Below, in pieces: positions 1 to 12,000 of a DNA stretch of 64,000 bases (position 1 is its first letter; each line of letters starts with the position of its first letter). The position numbers and the translations under genes are program-made. The stretch spans positions 42,656,001 to 42,720,000 of the forward strand of contig OZ076412.1 in NCBI GenBank assembly GCA_964187785.1, read 5' to 3'. This stretch comes from Amphiscolops sp. MND2022. Lineage: Eukaryota. The notes under the pieces were generated by a model. The model was not told the DNA's origin and ran no database searches. It was given only the letters and a program-made list of their open reading frames with translations.

Positions 1-672
1 TGTTTTAAACAGATGTTTGACAACTATTTTAACACCGGAGAAAATAACTCTCCTATGTTTTGTATGTTTTCTATTTTAGATCTTATGAACTCCGTTGGGG
101 TCTCAGAGTTAACCATTATATTTGATGTTTTCATTTCAGTGTGAAGCAGTGAAGAAAATGATCCCGTTTAGAAAATGTTTCTGTTTCAATAATTAGATTG
201 GCATGGAAAAATCAGAAGACTGAACCGGAAAAAAGAAATAGCGTTGTATGTGAAAACATTAGACCGGAAGTTTTAGTTCGTTTAGAGTCATTTTTGAAAA
301 TTTTCCGTGCCGTTTACGTTAGATTCTGTATCTGAAAAAATTATCTGCAATTATCTAGTTGTACTTAAGTAGAATTAAATTAGCTTACGCGTTGGTGGGT
401 TTAGTTTAATGGTATTTACAATACCCGCGCCCTCTTCCTCTGCCCATCACATAGCAGAAGCTGCACCCTCGGCCGGGAGCGGGCCGTGACACAAGTGGCT
501 ACCAAAACATTTTCAGGAAGTGGCAAAATATAAAATTATGAGTTTGAAAGGAAATGCATAATGCAAAAGTAGAAAGAAGATACAATTAATTCAGCTACAA
601 AACAAAGAAGATTAAAAAAAGTGCAAAAGCAATGCTGTTTTGAAAGTAAAACGACCAGGCAAAAGGGGGTAC

Positions 673-1095
673 GGAAAATTCAACACATTAAAATTCAACA
701 CATTGCCGTATACCGAAAACTCAACATATGAAAATTCTATATACTCAACACATAAAATTTGAGTTTTAAAGTTAAAAATTACTCAATATGTCTCACTCAA
801 TTACTAATTTGTGATTTTGCATTTTTTATGTTCACACTTGTTCATACCAATGCCTCCAATAATTATATATTACATAAAACGGAAATATCAAGCGTTACTG
901 TTCTTTTTTTACATTCATTCACAATAACGATCAACTAAGTCTTCAACCGTTGTTCAGACTTTTCATGAACCGTGAAAAGAATAAGTTATGCGAGAATTCA
1001 CTGAGAATTTTGATGTAACTGTGTTAAATGTCCTGAGTTGAATTTTTTTATGTTGAACTTTCTTGTGTTTAATTTTCTTGTGTTGAGTTTTCTGG
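673..1095. repeat. Two arrays of a 14-15 bp AAAATTCAACACA unit in inverted orientation (foldback/MITE-like)
   Basis: Left array ~673-776 (aaaattcaacacat repeats); right array ~1036-1095 is the reverse complement (tgtgttgagttttc, tgtgtttaattttc). No clear TSD. Confidence 0.4.
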
Positions 1096-1271
1096 TAATA
1101 GTGAACAGATGATTGCTCGAAAAAATGACGGGAGAAACAATGGGCCGTTCTCGTGTCGTTTCTATAGTACGCACACAGTCCGATATCAATAGATGTGAGG
1201 AGTAAAAAACCGTAATTTTCAAAATCTTGTTGGTAAGTAGACTGAATTTCACCGGTATGTTCGATGGTCGT

Positions 1272-1508
1272 TGTGACATGCATAGCCGGCAACCACTGTG
1301 ACTTTCAAAGACACCGTAGAATAAACGGACGCAGACAGAAGGACGACTTGGCTTTATTTACCAACAGACGCTAAACATTGTCAATTTATGGTGATTAGTT
1401 TTGTATGAATTAGTATGTTGAATGATGATGAAGTACAGTTTGATTGCTGAAGATAGTTTACTCTTAGAATAAAAATCTGTTTTAACCGTAGAACACCCGA
1501 ATACAACA
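1272..1508 (+). mobile_element. Solo LTR of a Gypsy family
   Basis: 237 bp, TGTGAC...TACAACA. Flanks GTCGT / GTTGT are a 5-bp TSD with one CpG-type mismatch. A second copy at 1813-2007 is followed by a PBS and gag. Confidence 0.75.
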
Positions 1509-1812
1509 GTTGTTAGGATTTTTGTGGTATGTCACTTAAGGTCATTGTGACACTTATGTACCTGCCCGAATTGTAACCTAACTTGTATTACACTTGAAGA
1601 TTACAAATTTATAATTGAACTACAGTAGTGATTCTAGAAGAAGCAACATTGCACGCAGAAAGAAAGCAAATAAACAAATCTCATTGGCCGATCAAGGTCT
1701 CACGCGCTCATTTCATTGATCGAGAGCGATTTATAAAACAACATTTTTAGTTTTTTGGATTTTTGACGCACTTACAATTTTGATTTCAAAATAATTTTGA
1801 AAATTACAGTTT

Positions 1813-2347
1813 CGTAGAATAAACGGACGCAGACAGAAAGAACGACTTGGCTTTATTTACCAAGACTCTAAACACTGTCAATTTATGTTGATTAGTTTTG
1901 TATGAATTAGTATGTTGAATGATGATGAAGTACAGTTTGATTGCTGAAGATACAGTTTACTCTTAGAATGAAAGTCCGTTTTAATCTTAGAACACCCGAA
2001 TACAACATAGCGCAGTGGCAAGGATTAATTTTACCGTGTACGATTCATTTTAACCAACAGAAGAAACAATGGCAACCACTACAAACAATATACTACTTTC
2101 TCGAAGACACCAGACTCGACGTTAAAAAACTATACACTCCAAAAGAATGGACCGAACGACTACAACACTTTATCAAACGGATCTACGACATTGGTAAAAA
2201 ACCGGCTTTACCCGGAAAAGCAATACAAACAAACAATAGATGGACGGAGAAAGTACCATAAATAAGACAAGATTTTATTTGAGGAGCCGGACCATCAGCA
2301 ATAGAAACTATTACCAAAAGAAAGTTCAACACGGACCCCGACATTGC
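1813..2347 (+). mobile_element. Truncated Gypsy 5' end: partial LTR, PBS, gag fragment
   Basis: 1813-2007 matches the solo LTR and ends TACAACA; then TAGCGCAGTGGCAAG (PBS variant). The gag piece LEDTRLDVKKLYTPKEWTERLQHFIKRIYD matches LEDTGLDGKKLSTPKEWTERLRHYIKRIHD of the element at 27295. Confidence 0.8.
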
Positions 2348-2538
2348 CGACACGCCCGTATTGCATGTTACGCGGAAAAAAAGGAGAAACCTTTTTGGTT
2401 CAGTTCTCTAGGCCACATGGTTCAATTTGACACCATAAATTTGGTAAACTTTCAAAAACTATTTTGGTCAGTTCGTGTGGATTGAAAAAAAAGAGTCAAT
2501 ATAATAGTAGCGTTAAACTTCATGAAGCGCCGACTAAA
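2348..2538 (-). mobile_element. HINE family B 5' fragment, adjoining the broken end of the gag remnant
   Basis: Reverse-complement match to 26099-26280, including the TTAGTCGGCGCT terminus. Confidence 0.6.
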
Positions 2539-2972
2539 AATGAAAACCCCAAAGTTCAATTAGTTTTCATAGAAACTGTTTAACGATACATTACTTTTGA
2601 TTAATATTGACTATTTATTGGAAAGGCAACTGCAAAAGCAGAAAAACAAATTTAAGTAGAAAAGAAAAATAACATTCCATAATAATTTGGCTCTTCATTT
2701 CCGAATTTTGAAAAAACCTCATTTTGTTGAGATTCGCTACGTAAGAGTTAGCTCGCTGACATGGAAAAGCGGATAAAATTTTTGAATTTCCCTAACATCT
2801 GTTCCATATCTTTACTGCTCGATCTCTTTACAGAAGCAAATCCAAAACAATCAAGATATATTCACATATATGTATACTGATAAGATATATTTAACTCCCT
2901 TGCCCTAAATGTTCAACATTCTTATGTTCATTTCCAGTATACATATCCGGGAAAAATGTTGCAGTGACCAAC

Positions 2973-3041
2973 CTCCTTTGGGTCGCACAATTTTCTTGCC
3001 AGTGATTGGGTCGATGATGGTTTCCATTTCACATGCAAGCT
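2973..3041 (-). CDS. DPxTG-repeat exon (69 nt): (E)LACEMETIIDPITGKKIVRPKG
   Basis: ttttag acceptor, G/gttggt donor, phase 1-1. Confidence 0.8.
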
Positions 3042-6000
3042 CTAAAACAACAAAATGTCATACTTGAAAAATATGTCGAAATTAACTTCTTAATGATGAA
3101 AATATGAATAGAATAAAAACTATTTTAGGTTCATAGTAACGGCATGCAGTAAAGAGAAACAATGTTCCGGTTATGAGGTTGGAAAAAAGGGTCTGAAAGA
3201 TTCGAAAAAACGCTCATTTGCTACAGTAATGAGACATGACAGAGAACTGACCTTTAAGTGTGCCCGATTTAGTTCTGATGAACATCTTTCCAGTGACCGG
3301 GTCAATTGTCACTTCCATGTCTTCGTCCAGTTCTGGTCGGAAACAACAGGAAGACTTAGAATTATTGTCATTCATGAACTAGAATCAAATAAATTGGCTA
3401 AAATCACTTCATGAACTTGAATGAGTTTATTTGGCTGAGCTTACCATTTGATTATAATATCAGCAACGTGCGAGATTCTGTTGCAACAATTCTGAACACT
3501 CTTTTTCCTTCTTTCACAAAATTTAAAATTTTCTTTGGGCGGAATTTGACCTTTTTCTGACAAATATCTACAGAAACTGAATGAGCATCTTGGTAAACGC
3601 TTTTTAAGAATCCAGAAAACTACGGTAGTCTTAAAGCATGAATGTGTTTTAAAAGTCAAAATTGAGCTCCTAACCAATGAACCTGCCGGAGATCGTTTTA
3701 ACATATGTCTTTCCAGTCCTTGGGTCTGTGAACATTGTGACGTCATCGCCCATTTCTAAATTAAACATACGGTGAGTAAACTATTTTTTAAAGAAAACAC
3801 TTATCAGTTACAGTGAAGTATTTCAACAAGGGAAACAGACAGGAGATTGTAGCAAGAAATAAATGAAACCACGGATCGGTTGGATTGACTTCGAAATGAT
3901 GAGAAACACCACTTTTGCTAGAATCAAGGCGTTCGTTCACAAGATAAGAACGTTAAAAACCACTGATCAAAATTCCAAATGTAGAATTTAGAAAATGAGT
4001 TTTCCGAAAGCAACAGGATCTTTGGTATGATTGAATCTCTCATTAAAAAATCCATCAGGAAATGAGAAAAGATGTATATTGAAAGCGATGGTTGCCATGA
4101 GTATGAGAGAATATGATCTGTCAAAAACAAACTGCAGTTTAGTCCCGACAAGTGAAACTAAATCATGTATATAAGTGATCACAGGCGGTGAAGAAGTGGG
4201 AATGTTCTCAGTTTTAATTCAAATAGTGGAGGCTGCTTTGCAATCCTACAAAATGTTTCCAAGCAGGCTCCAGGAATTTTCCAGGTTTTTTTAAAAAAAA
4301 TTAGCCTGCATTTTTCCATGCAGCATGTAAAAGCACAAGTGGTGTAACAGCAGAAAATTTGCGGAATTGTTCATGAATTCTCTCCGTTCAAATGAAATTA
4401 AAAACACCACAATTGTGTTGAAAGGACTAAACAAAAATTTTAAATCGACATGGGGTTAACTGCTCAATTCTTTCATGAGCCAATCATAGTTCAATTGTTT
4501 TTTACAAGGCCATTCAGTTTCTTTGTTTGTTCAAACTTTTGTCAATTCTCACGAAAAAAAGATGAATTTTACTTCTTCACGCTTTTCTAGCAAACCGAAA
4601 ACAAATTTTGATTGAACAACTGTATTGAGAAACATTTTGGCGACGCGACAACCCCCGAACAGAGCCCAATGGCAGAATTACTGCAAAGAATAAGAGGTGG
4701 TCATATCAGCATAGTTACATGTCAAGAAAACAACACGAAGCAGATTTTCGAGAGACATCCATCGTCAGTCGCCAGTTTAGAGTTATCAAAACTCAAATTC
4801 AGTCTCAAAAGATGCATGGAACAATATGAAAAAATCAACACAATCAATCATGAAATTCTTCAAGGGCTTGAAACAGCTGAAGTAACAGATGATGCAATTC
4901 AAAGGGAGCATGACAAAGTCAACACAATTGGTTTCAAGGTTGGCAGTTTCATTCAAGTGCTTGAAGATTTCATCGAGAAAGCTGAAACGGCGCAGCTGAC
5001 ACTGATGATGCAGACGATTGAAGGAACTCAGTTTCCAGGAATGTTTCACTTAAGTTGCCAAAGTATTTTCAACCGATTTTTTCTGGCTAATACAGTGAAT
5101 GAACGCCATTTTTCGATCTGTTTCAAAACACTGTCAACTGCAATAGATCCCTGAATGACATTCAGAAGCTACAGTATCAAAGACATGTCCCCAGGATCAA
5201 CCCGTGAGACTTCTCTCACATCTCCCCACAACAAGTGCAAATTATGATGTGGCTTTGAGAATGCTCGAAAGAAAGGTATGACACCAAACGTATGATTATT
5301 CGATCACACCTTGACTCCATCGTCAAAATTCAGCCCCATGCAGCAAGAATAGGCCGATCAACTCCGTTAATAAATAGCTGTATTTATGGAGAACTCATTG
5401 GCTCTCACAGCCTTGGGAGAAGTTACAGACAATGCAGACTGCAATTGGGTCTACTTGCTAGCAGAAAAGCTAGATTCTGATACTAGACGCCAATGGGAGC
5501 TGCACAGCCCTAGCGACAAGCGACAAACGGCAGAGGATTTGCTGAAATTACTAGATGAGGGAGGACGACATTTGGATTTCTCTATGTCAAATAGCACACA
5601 CATCGCAAAAGCAAGAGATACAGCAAAGTTTAAAAACAAGGGTAACTTGCAACTCTACCACAGCCAAGCAAGTACGATTTGTCCCAAATGCAGCGAGCAC
5701 CATGGAATATCAGCTGTAGCGACTTCAACTCGTTATCTACTGAAGATAGGGTTCAATTCGTCAAAAGCAGCAAGCTGTGCTTCAATTGCTTGAGAACCGG
5801 TCACAGTAGTAAGGATTGCAAGTGAAAATCAGGATGTCGTTTATGCAAAAAACAACACAACACGCTCCTCCATCGTCCCCTGCCTCTAAAGAAGGAAGCA
5901 GTGACACCTCAGTCCTCTTTGGGTCATGGGGGATACACTTCATTTTCAGCCATTCTACTACCCACAGCTGTCGTCCGAGTGAAGTCTCTCAAGGACAAAG

Positions 6001-9000
6001 TAGTGTCGGTGCGTGCTTTATTAGACACTGGCTCACAGGTAACCTGTCTTACTGCCAAATGCAGGGATCGTTTGGGACTACAATCAAAGCAAGCTGATAT
6101 CTGTGTCACAGGAATCGGAGGTATTATCTCAGTGAATTCAGAATCAATTGTGGGACTACAAATTTTTTCACACAGGCAAGGGAGATTGCAACCACGGCAG
6201 CGGTACTCAATCAAGTTACAAAAGCATTACCAAGATATCAAGTCCATTACAAGAGTCTTGATGCTGTTGAGGATCTCAATTGGGTAGATCCAGATTTCAA
6301 AACACCAGGTGAAACCGACGTCATTTTTGGTGGTTATTTTTATGAGCGAATCGTTGAAGAAAAACGAGCAATATATAACCAAGAACTTTACGTCTTCTAG
6401 TGAAAATGACAACTAAAAGATTTCACTGTTAGCTACAATCTAATGTCATCTTCATCGTCCGTCAAGACCCAAATGCAGAAGAAAAATTGAGAAAGATTGT
6501 AGATCCAAAAACGTTTTTTAAGAGTTATTTCAAACAATGGCATTGAGCAGTATTCAATTCAGCCAACGCTCTATCAATCAATGTCATCATTACTCTTATT
6601 TGGCGAATTTCGTTTTAATTTTTCAAATTTGAAAACAGGACATTACAGCGCCAGCGTGGGACAGCATTGCGTACTGGTTAGAGCCTTCGGCCTGTTCTGG
6701 GGCGGTATCAGGTTCAAAGCTCTCTCAACTCACCATTGTTTGGTCAAAGATAAAAAATTGGTCAAAAAATTTGGTCAAAGATAAAAGACATTTGGTGGAG
6801 AAAAGCAACGGTGAGCAGTCAGACCTGTGTGACCTTGAGGAAGTCAGTTTGAAGCCACACTTTCAAGCCCACCATTGCTTGACCACTTTGCTTCAAATAC
6901 GGCACCATAGCTTGGTATGGGGAGATAGAGGTAATGGGGTGTACGTGTTTTCAAGATGCCAACCCAATCATGCAAATGTTGGGTAATTGTACGTCTTTTT
7001 TCAACAAAGATGCACAATCAGCAGCGAGGAATTTTCCGTTCCATTTATTTTCAGCTACGATATTTTCGAAGGCTCGAGCGGAGAAAATATTCTACGAACT
7101 TGCTAAACATTTCAGTGAAAATTGAATTTTTGAGACTTTTCTGTCCTTCTAATTTCATTTTCAAAAAAAATAGCCCTGAAGAACAAGAGTGTACTATGTT
7201 GTACTGTGGAAATTCAAACCCTCAAAAGCATCCACAATGTGAACAAACTTCACAAAAAACTTTCGAAAAGTAAAAAACATGACTTTTCTTGGCTGTTTTT
7301 TTTCCTTTTTTAGCAAACAAATCTCCGTATGTCTCCGTTTGAGCATGCTAGGTTATTTGAAAAACATACCTACTAAAACATCCAGAAATGTACTCAAATT
7401 ACCAACACGATCAAGAAAACAAAACTTTACATTTTCTGTTATTTTTGTCTCCCTTCATTTGAGAAAAAACTTTTTTTTTCTGTACAGCTGAGAACTAAGT
7501 AGCAGAATATTCTCTGGTTGAACTCTCTGGTTACTCATAACCTCAAAAACATCCAAAAACATTTGCAAGAAACAATTTCTATGTGAGGAGAAAGAAGGAG
7601 AAGGTTCTTTTCCATATTTTCCTGTGATTGGGATGCGAACAAAAGGCGTTGTTTCTCACGACCATTCAAGCTTGTTGTAACTCTCTTCTATAACTAGGAA
7701 TAGCATGTACAATTCAAACTTTATTCTATCTTGTTCTGAGACTTTATGATAGTTCATCATCTACATACAATAGGCAGGTACTTGATAAAAAGAACAACAG
7801 TATGTAATCATATAAATACAGACTAATTAGCATGTATGTAAAGAGTCTGAGTCTTCTACTACATTCCCCCTTCACTATTGGCTGTCGACTGGCCAATGGG
7901 GTTTTGTGTAGCTTCTGTATGGCGGTGATTCCTCCAATGGTCCATATGTTTGTGGACGGATAACCGATCCTCGCATTGGCTTTTGTCACAGTGTTCTTTT
8001 ATCCGTGACGTCTGTTTGTTGTCTGCTGTTGGGTTTAGTTCTGGTTGCTTGTTTCCATATCTGTTTGGGTTTGGCCCGGTGTTTCTTCCGAGTTCAGCCT
8101 TTCTACGGTGGTTCCTGTAATCATGACATATTGGGTTATTATATCTGATAATTGGGTTAGTTTTTGGTAGTCTTTTCGATCTGCGTACTTTTTTTTTCTT
8201 CGCGTTTAACATCTGTTTCTAGTTCAGTACTTGAGCTCAGGTTAATGGCAAAATCTATATCAAGGCTATTCTCTTCCCCCTCGTTAGGGAATATGTTATT
8301 ATTATTAAACGCCTTACCGTTTTCGTCTCTAATAAAAAGTTCTTCGTTGGCTTGTTTCGCGTCGTTGATGGCACGGTTGATTTCCGTGTCCGTCATGTTG
8401 GTAGTTATGGTGAGCGGGCCGATGTCTTTGTTTGTGCCCCCCGGTGTGCTGTGTGGTGAGCTTGACTCCGACCGTTCTCGTTTCTGTACTGGTTTGCCTC
8501 GGCCGAATGTACCCTTTTTGACCGTAGTGTTGTCTGTTTGGTCCGGTGTTGGCTCTGACTCGTTGTCTGACTCCAGTATATATGTCCTTCTTGTTTTGGG
8601 TGGTGACTTCGTGAACCGGCCATCTGGTCCTCTCGGCCCGGTTCCTCTGTTGTTGTTGCAATCCTGGTTAAAATTATTAAGTGGTTTACTAATACATTTT
8701 TTATGTACTATTCTTCCGTTCGGTGTTGTCACCGTGTGTTTTGTTCCGGACACGGCTATGTTCGGTTTATCCATGTAGGCACTTTCGAATTTTGATTTTT
8801 GATGTTTTTTTTCTAAGAAAAGGAATGGGTAGTTACTAACTCCTTTATCGTTTTTTTCGGCTTCATTGGTAGCTGGTCGGACACACCGCCGGCTCCACTG
8901 AATGAGTATACCTGTAGGGTATCTGGTTTTGCTGAAATGGAATTTTCCGTTAGTTTCTTCAGACTATCTAAGTTTAGTAGGTTACTAACTTCCGTGTTTG

Positions 9001-12000
9001 GGCTTCGACCGTAGTGTAATTCGAAAGCTGATTTTTTCAGTCTCGTGTGTGGTGTTTTACGCATTCTTTCTAGAGCTATATCTAGGGCTTTTCCAAAACG
9101 TTCTCCGGCTTTTAGGTTTGTTAAGAGATTTTCTTTGAGTGTTCTGACTCCTCTCTCTACGAGGCCTGTCGGGGTATGAATATACGGTGTGCCGTATATT
9201 AGTTTGATGTAATGTTTTTTACAAAAATCGCGGAAGAGACTTCCTGTGAAAGCGGTTGCTTTATCCGTTCTGATCGTTTTCGGTATTCCATTTAGTTGGA
9301 TATACTGTTCGATAAATTTTACCGCCGTTTCTCCGTCCGTATTTTTGCAAAAACTGGCTGCCGGCCATTTACTAAATCGGTCTATGGATAGTAATATATA
9401 AAACCGGCGGTTATTTTCTGTAATCGGGCCAATGAAATCCAGTTGAATTTCCTCGTTCGGATTGCTTACCGGTGGTAGATTGTTTTTCTCCGTATACGGT
9501 ATGTTAGGTTTAATGCTCTTACCGGACATTTTGCATGGTATGCAGGAGTCGCACTTTTTCTGAATGGCTTCGGTTATCCGTGGCCACCAGAAGTGTCGGG
9601 CTGCTAGGGTCATCTTGTTGATGGCCGGGTGTCCTTTGTGTAGCAGGCTTATAACCGTGGTGCGTAGATTCTTTGGGACTACGATTTTGTCTTCCATGAA
9701 TACGAGGCCGAATCTGCTTGACAATTTCTTTTTGACTGGTAGATATTCTTCGGGTATCAGCTCATGTTGTTGTCTTTCCAGACATACTAGTGTTTTCAGT
9801 AGGCTGGCGTCGTTCGTCGTCTCTGTCATAAGCAGCTGTAGATCGGTAGAAAATTTTTTCTCCGTTTCTCGCACTGCTTGTTCCAAATCCCAGTTGTTTT
9901 GTTCTTCGGCGGTTATTTTTGGAGCGTGTCCCATCTTCACGTATTGGACGCTCTTTACTCCGACATATTGTGCCCAGTTTATTGCCGGTACTTCTAAGAT
10001 TGATGGGTCTTGATCGGTGTCGGTTTCTATTTCGCCTTCCTCCATTGGTGTTGTCTGGATGTAAGTTTGTTGGGATGGTCCGGGTCTGTCGTGTTGGACT
10101 GGGGTGGGACGGTCCAAGTCCCAGTATGGATCAACCGTCCATTTTTCGCTGTGTCTGGTGGGTGGTACAAAGCCTCCCGTCTGTTTGGGGCTAATTCTTT
10201 GTCTAAGATCTGCCGTTCCGTGGTTTTTCATAATTTGTTGCAGTCTTTCTTCTATCACCTTTCTTTCATTGCGTAAGAATTTTGGTTCGTGATAGCGCTT
10301 CCATTTTCCCCCGGTTAATCGATAAATCCCGGGTTTAACGATTTCTCGCCAGCGCTTTGTCAATTCAATTGTTTCCGCGGTTGGATTTGCTGCTTCAATC
10401 TCGTTTATTGTATTTGCATCCTTTGTCAATTTGATGCTTTGGCAGTGCTTTTGTTTGAAGCGTGTTAACGTATCAGTGTTAAGGCAATCAATGGCAGTTC
10501 GTCTATGTGTGTCGCTGGTCCGTGGTTTGTTGTTTGCTTTGCGTTCACTTTTCTCCGTTCTGTTTTCTGATTGGTCAGTTTGGTTGCTAAGGCAACCATA
10601 CTTGGAGATAAAGTTGTAGTGCGGTAATATGTTGTTGATTACGTATTCTTCATCGTATGCGTCATCTGTTTGCGGTGGTAGTATCGGATTTCTACTGAGA
10701 TAATCCGTAAGTGCTAAATGTTTACCGGCTATATGGTGTACGTTAATATTGAAATGTGCTAATCGGTCCAGCCATCGTGTTAAGCGTGCGCTGTATGTTT
10801 TATTGGACCGGTTCCGTTTGATTAATGGTTCTAGTGCCTGGTGATCGGTTAAAAGTTTGATCGGTTTTCCGTAAATGTATAAGCGGAAATGTTCTAAACC
10901 CCATACTACCGCCAATAATTCAAGTTCATTTATTGCGTATTTCTTTTCGGTGTCTGAAAGGAAACGACTGGCGAAACCGATCGGTTTTAGTTTCCCGTCC
11001 GGTTGTTCTTGCCATAGGGTAGCTCCCAAGCCTTTTGTGCTTGCGTCCGTTGTTATCACATTTGGGTAATCTGAGTTGTAGTGACCCAAACACGGTATCT
11101 CCGTGATTTTTTGTTTTAAGTTTTCAAATGCTTGTGTGTGTTCTTCCGTCCATATCCATTCGTTCTTTTTTTTCAATAACTGTCTCATGCTGTTGGTTTG
11201 GGCGGAGAGGTTGTCGATATATTTTGACAAGTATTGAATGGCTCCCAGGAATGATTTTAGTTCTTTTTCATTTTTTGGTTGTTTTAGTTCTTTTATGGCT
11301 AGCAACTTGTCTTGGAGTGGTCGGATACCGGCCTGGTCAATTTTGTGGCCTATCCATTCAATTTCCTTTTTGAAAAATTCGGACTTGTTTTCACTTAAGC
11401 GGTATCCTGCTTTTTCTAGTCTGGTTAGGACGTCAATCAATTCTTTTTTGTGTTCTTCTTTTGACCCTTTGGTTACGACGATGATGTCGTCTAACCAAGC
11501 TGGATGTTTGTTATCCAGTGTTTGGTCAATCTTTTCCTGAAAGACCGTTGGTATATCCGCTAGACCGTAAAAGCCCTTTAGGAAGCGGTAGTAACCGGTA
11601 AAATTTCCCCCGGTTACGGCAAATATACACAAGTTTCTAGCTTCTCTTGATAGCAGTAGTTGTCCGTATGCGTAATCTAAATCGAATTTTGAGATCCATA
11701 TCTCATCTGCTGGGCCATCTGCTATTTTTCTTGATATCCGTGAAATCAATTCCTCCATGTTAGGCATTTGTGCCTTTCTTTTCACGGTTATTTCGTTCAA
11801 TTTTCGCGAATCTAGGGCAATTTTTATTGACTTGTCTTTCTTTACCGTGATCACGGCTGGACTTACGAAGCAGTTTTCGTCGATATTGTTGGCTTTTTCG
11901 ATATGTCCTTGTTTTATTAGTTTTTCTATTTCCTTCCCCACCGATTGTTGGAGGTGAATCGGTATTGGTCTTCCTTTCTGTTGTATCAGTTTCGCGTCTT

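Noticed and set aside
425-500. GC-rich patch that could be a terminal minus-strand exon (one frame reads MGRGRGR)
   Set aside because: Phase and acceptor are ambiguous, there is no repeat motif, and it cannot be tied to the gene.
7859-8774. Possible env-like or extra third ORF in Gypsy-1
   Set aside because: No signal peptide or TM segment; it joins pol after correcting 1-nt homopolymer indels and is homologous to the Gypsy-2 pol tail.
8164-8778. 204-aa plus-strand ORF (also 9564-10013 and 12048-12737)
   Set aside because: Antisense shadows of the A-rich Gypsy-1 coding strand; no independent motifs.
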